In this document: in pieces, positions 62,121 through 64,000 of the stretch
How the letters are laid out: every line of letters begins with the position of its first letter
Numbering within the stretch: position 1 is the stretch's first letter
Source: an uncultured Solirubrobacterales bacterium
Lineage (GTDB): Bacteria > Actinomycetota > Thermoleophilia > Solirubrobacterales > 70-9
Direction of reading: 5' to 3'
Length of the DNA stretch: 64,000 nt
Assembly: GCA_963702955.1 (NCBI GenBank)
Contig: OY969774.1
Coordinates: 1,113,476 to 1,177,475 of the forward strand
Program-made: the position numbers and the translations under genes
Notes under the pieces: model-generated
Told to the model about the DNA's origin: nothing
The model's database searches: none
Seen by the model: the letters and a program-made list of their open reading frames with translations, nothing else

Positions 62121-62331
62121 CCGCCCGGCGCTCAGAAGCCGGGGGCGCGAACCTGGTGTCCTCGTCACCCCATATTCGGGATGTGAACGCATATAAACCG
62201 CTTGAGAACCCAGGGTTCAAGGACCAAGACCTAGGGTCACGCTTTACCTCCACGACGTCCTTCTCCTTCGAGTCCGAGTCCTTCATCATCGACCGCAGCC
62301 TAAACGCCGGGCACAGAGATACGTTGCGACG

Positions 62332-62624
62332 ATGGCCGATCCGTTCATCCGCCCGCTCTCCGCCAACGCCCGCATCCTTGTCGAGCTTGACGGTCGCCCG
62401 ATGGAACACTACGCGGTCATGCTCCAGCTAAGGATCGAAGGCGAGTGGCAGACCATTCGCCTGCTCGACAATGCCCACGGCGACCACGATATGCACCGCT
62501 ACACTGGAGCCGAGAAGCAAACTGCGGAGCCATTGAAGAGGGCGAAGCCAAAGAGGTAGCGCCGAAGGCCATCCGCTACTTGACCGATCATTGGGAAGCA
62601 ATCGCAGAGTCATGGAAAAGCTAG
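62332..62624 (+). pseudogene. frameshifted small gene with a DNAHGDHDMHRY motif (DUF6516/TumE-like?)
   Basis: The frame from 62332 stops at 62559. The -1 frame continues from about 62529 as AIEEGEAKEVAPKAIRYLTDHWEAIAESWKS-stop (62624), overlapping the next ATG (62612). Confidence 0.4.
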
Positions 62625-62962
62625 AGCGCAGCAAGTTCTCCGCGGCGGGCGAGATCGCCAACGAACGGCTGGTCGAAACCGCGACCGACCCTGACCGCTA
62701 CCCCGAGGGCACCACCTTCATCGCCGCCGATCAGGAGGGCTTTGGCGCAGCTCTCGCCGAAGCCGTTGCGGAGCACCGGCCGCTGGCAATCGTCTATCCC
62801 GACGGCCGCGAGATCGTCGCCGCTCCCCGAGGCGGTGCCCTCGCGTTCTTCGAGCACCTGCTGACTCGCCGCCGCGAGTCCAAGCACAGCGCTCCGACCG
62901 TGCCGCTGCCAGCCGACTATCAAGTCGAGATCAGGGACAGACAGGCGCTCGCCGCCGCCTGA
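62612..62962 (+). CDS. hypothetical protein (116 aa)
   Basis: ATG 62612 (the track gives TTG 62591). MEKLERSKFSAAGEIANERLVETATDPDRYPEG... I recognise no motif. Confidence 0.45.
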   Translation: MEKLERSKFSAAGEIANERLVETATDPDRYPEGTTFIAADQEGFGAALAEAVAEHRPLAIVYPDGREIVAAPRGGALAFFEHLLTRRRESKHSAPTVPLPADYQVEIRDRQALAAA

Positions 62963-63089
62963 TCCCTGCCTAGAAGCCGAGCGCGAACTTGGCGTCCTCG
63001 GTCATTATCACGCAGGAAACCGGGCATAACGTCCCTGCAAATCCGCCGTTTCCTTCGTCGGTGGGGACAGCGGTGGGGACGGCGCGGCG

Positions 63090-63665
63090 TCAATGAGCGG
63101 TGCGGCGCTCGCGGAATCCTTCGATGGATGCCTCCAGGATGGCTTTCCATTCGTCGGTCAGCGGGATCGTCCCCCACTCCGCGATCAGGTGCCAGGCGAC
63201 GTACTCCAGCGGGACGCGGCCGGTCGGAACGTGCAGGCCCCGGACCTCCTCTCCGTCGAGGCGACCATGGAAATGAACGTGAGCCGGGGGATATGCGTAG
63301 TCGGGCCTGGGCGGATCGCGGTCGTACTCCCAACGGATGAGCGTCGATCCCGGCGAGTCGTCGGCCTGGAGCCGGTAGCGATAGGAAACGGTCTGGCAGT
63401 GCTTGCCGCCGTCCGGGTCGTCCACGACACGGACCACCTGCTGCGCAAACAGGGTCCGCGATGTTCCGGGCAGCTCCAGGGGCGGATCGTCACCGCCCTC
63501 CAGGCGCTTGACGAGGAACAGATCCGTCTCCCCCGGTATCTCGATCAGGGAAAGGCGCGACTCGGTGAGCGTCGTGTTGAGGACGCGGTTGAGGTGGTCC
63601 GTAAATCGCTGAGCTGCGCTGCCGCTGCTAGATGCGACCGTTCTGACCGATCCGAAGGAGGGCAA
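63090..63665 (-). CDS. hypothetical protein with His-rich AHVHFHG motif
   Basis: 191 aa, TTG start. IRWEYDRDPPRPDYAYPPAHVHFHGRLDGEEVRGLHVPTGRVPLEYVAWHLIAEWG. Overlaps the upstream small gene by 38 nt. Confidence 0.5.
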   Translation of the reverse strand: MPSFGSVRTVASSSGSAAQRFTDHLNRVLNTTLTESRLSLIEIPGETDLFLVKRLEGGDDPPLELPGTSRTLFAQQVVRVVDDPDGGKHCQTVSYRYRLQADDSPGSTLIRWEYDRDPPRPDYAYPPAHVHFHGRLDGEEVRGLHVPTGRVPLEYVAWHLIAEWGTIPLTDEWKAILEASIEGFRERRTAH

Positions 63666-63843
63666 CCAGCTCGCTCACGCCGGGATCGGCGTCGTCAAGG
63701 TCGCCAGCCCCATACGCGCTCCTGAATTCGGCGACGGACATGCCCGCAAGCGCTTGCGCGCGAGCCTCCAGGTACTCGGCGTACTCCTTCGCGGAGGGCT
63801 CGTAGATCTTCGTGCCTGCATCCGTCGTGAGAACGCTGTTCAT
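63628..63843 (-). CDS. 71-aa acidic small protein (antitoxin-like position)
   Basis: MNSVLTTDAGTKIYEPSAKEYAEYLEARAQALAGMSVAEFRSAYGAGDLDDADPGVSELVALLRIGQNGRI. Confidence 0.45.
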   Translation of the reverse strand: MNSVLTTDAGTKIYEPSAKEYAEYLEARAQALAGMSVAEFRSAYGAGDLDDADPGVSELVALLRIGQNGRI

Positions 63844-63908
63844 GGTCTAAACGATGATAGGGCAGTCGGACGGAATTTCCGCCCTACGGCTTGAGCCATA
63901 TCAACGAA

Positions 63909-64000
63909 ATGGCTCTGGCTCAAAAAACGTCGTCGCTGGCCAACTTGCTCAAGTCGCTCCGGCCCGAGCTGAACGCTCCGATGAGCGTGAAGGACGGCTG
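63909..64000 (+). CDS. partial ORF at the window edge (possible HTH regulator N-terminus)
   Basis: ATG 63909. MALAQKTSSLANLLKSLRPELNAPMSVKDG... Only 30 codons are visible. Confidence 0.25.
   Translation, partial: MALAQKTSSLANLLKSLRPELNAPMSVKDG

Noticed and set aside
63844-63925. Inverted repeats TAGGGC…GCCCTA and GAGCCAT…ATGGCTC around the start of the partial ORF at 63909
   Set aside because: They are short (6-7 bp), single-copy, and sit at the window edge where the gene context is incomplete. They cannot be told apart from chance.
1-64000. CRISPR arrays, rRNA and tRNA genes
   Set aside because: I saw no regularly spaced direct repeats. T-loop-like strings (for example GGTTCGAG at 5828, CTTCGAACC at 1534) have no matching acceptor or T stems.

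Overview
Very GC-rich (about 70% by eye, not computed) chromosomal segment with an actinobacterial gene repertoire: CysO/CysM/Mec cysteine pathway, GuaB3, WS/DGAT, MMPL, split suf genes. It is densely coded, with many 4-nt start/stop overlaps. I found no rRNA, tRNA, CRISPR array, transposase or integrase.

Layout:
- 1-5.7 kb: rplM, a c-di-AMP (ydaO-type) riboswitch in front of an M23 peptidase, and a Zn/Mn ABC-3 uptake operon ending in a Fur-family (probable Zur) gene.
- 5.8-13.1 kb: lgt and a copper-handling cluster (two CtaG-like paralogues, an unlisted 51-aa ORF, YcnI-like, CopC-CopD fusion, Sco).
- 13.1-18.3 kb: a 4.7-kb divalent-cation transporter island (CorA-like with GQN, DUF1345-like, Nramp-related with non-canonical metal site, pore-less MgtE_N/CBS protein), bracketed by a decayed direct duplication.
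- 18-40 kb: mostly housekeeping (guaA, guaB3-like, pfkB, a D,D-carboxypeptidase, pyrF, hup, tldD/pmbA, a CDF exporter, rdgB, rph, nadB, hyuAB), with small accessory inserts (vapBC, an orphan Flp-type pilin).
- 42-45 kb: moeZ-like/cysO/cysM/mec.
- 45-55 kb: htpX and a suf system split into two units by convergent mmpL and VOC genes. Both units carry the same upstream motif.
- 55-59 kb: a haem-oxygenase-like di-iron protein, a Cys-less DipZ-C-like protein, ispH, WS/DGAT.
- 59.4-64 kb: lower-GC accessory DNA (fic with three palindromic boxes, fxsA, membrane proteins, frameshifted and TA-like small genes).

I could not establish one clearly novel multi-gene system. The best leads are:
- the repeat-bracketed cation island and its unusual transporters
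- the copper cluster with three predicted N-terminal-His exported proteins
- a family of palindromic elements at convergent gene ends
- two conserved enzymes (pyrF, nadB) whose essential N-termini lie upstream of any canonical start codon
- the shared suf operator-like motif

All family assignments come from motif recognition by eye. No searches were run.
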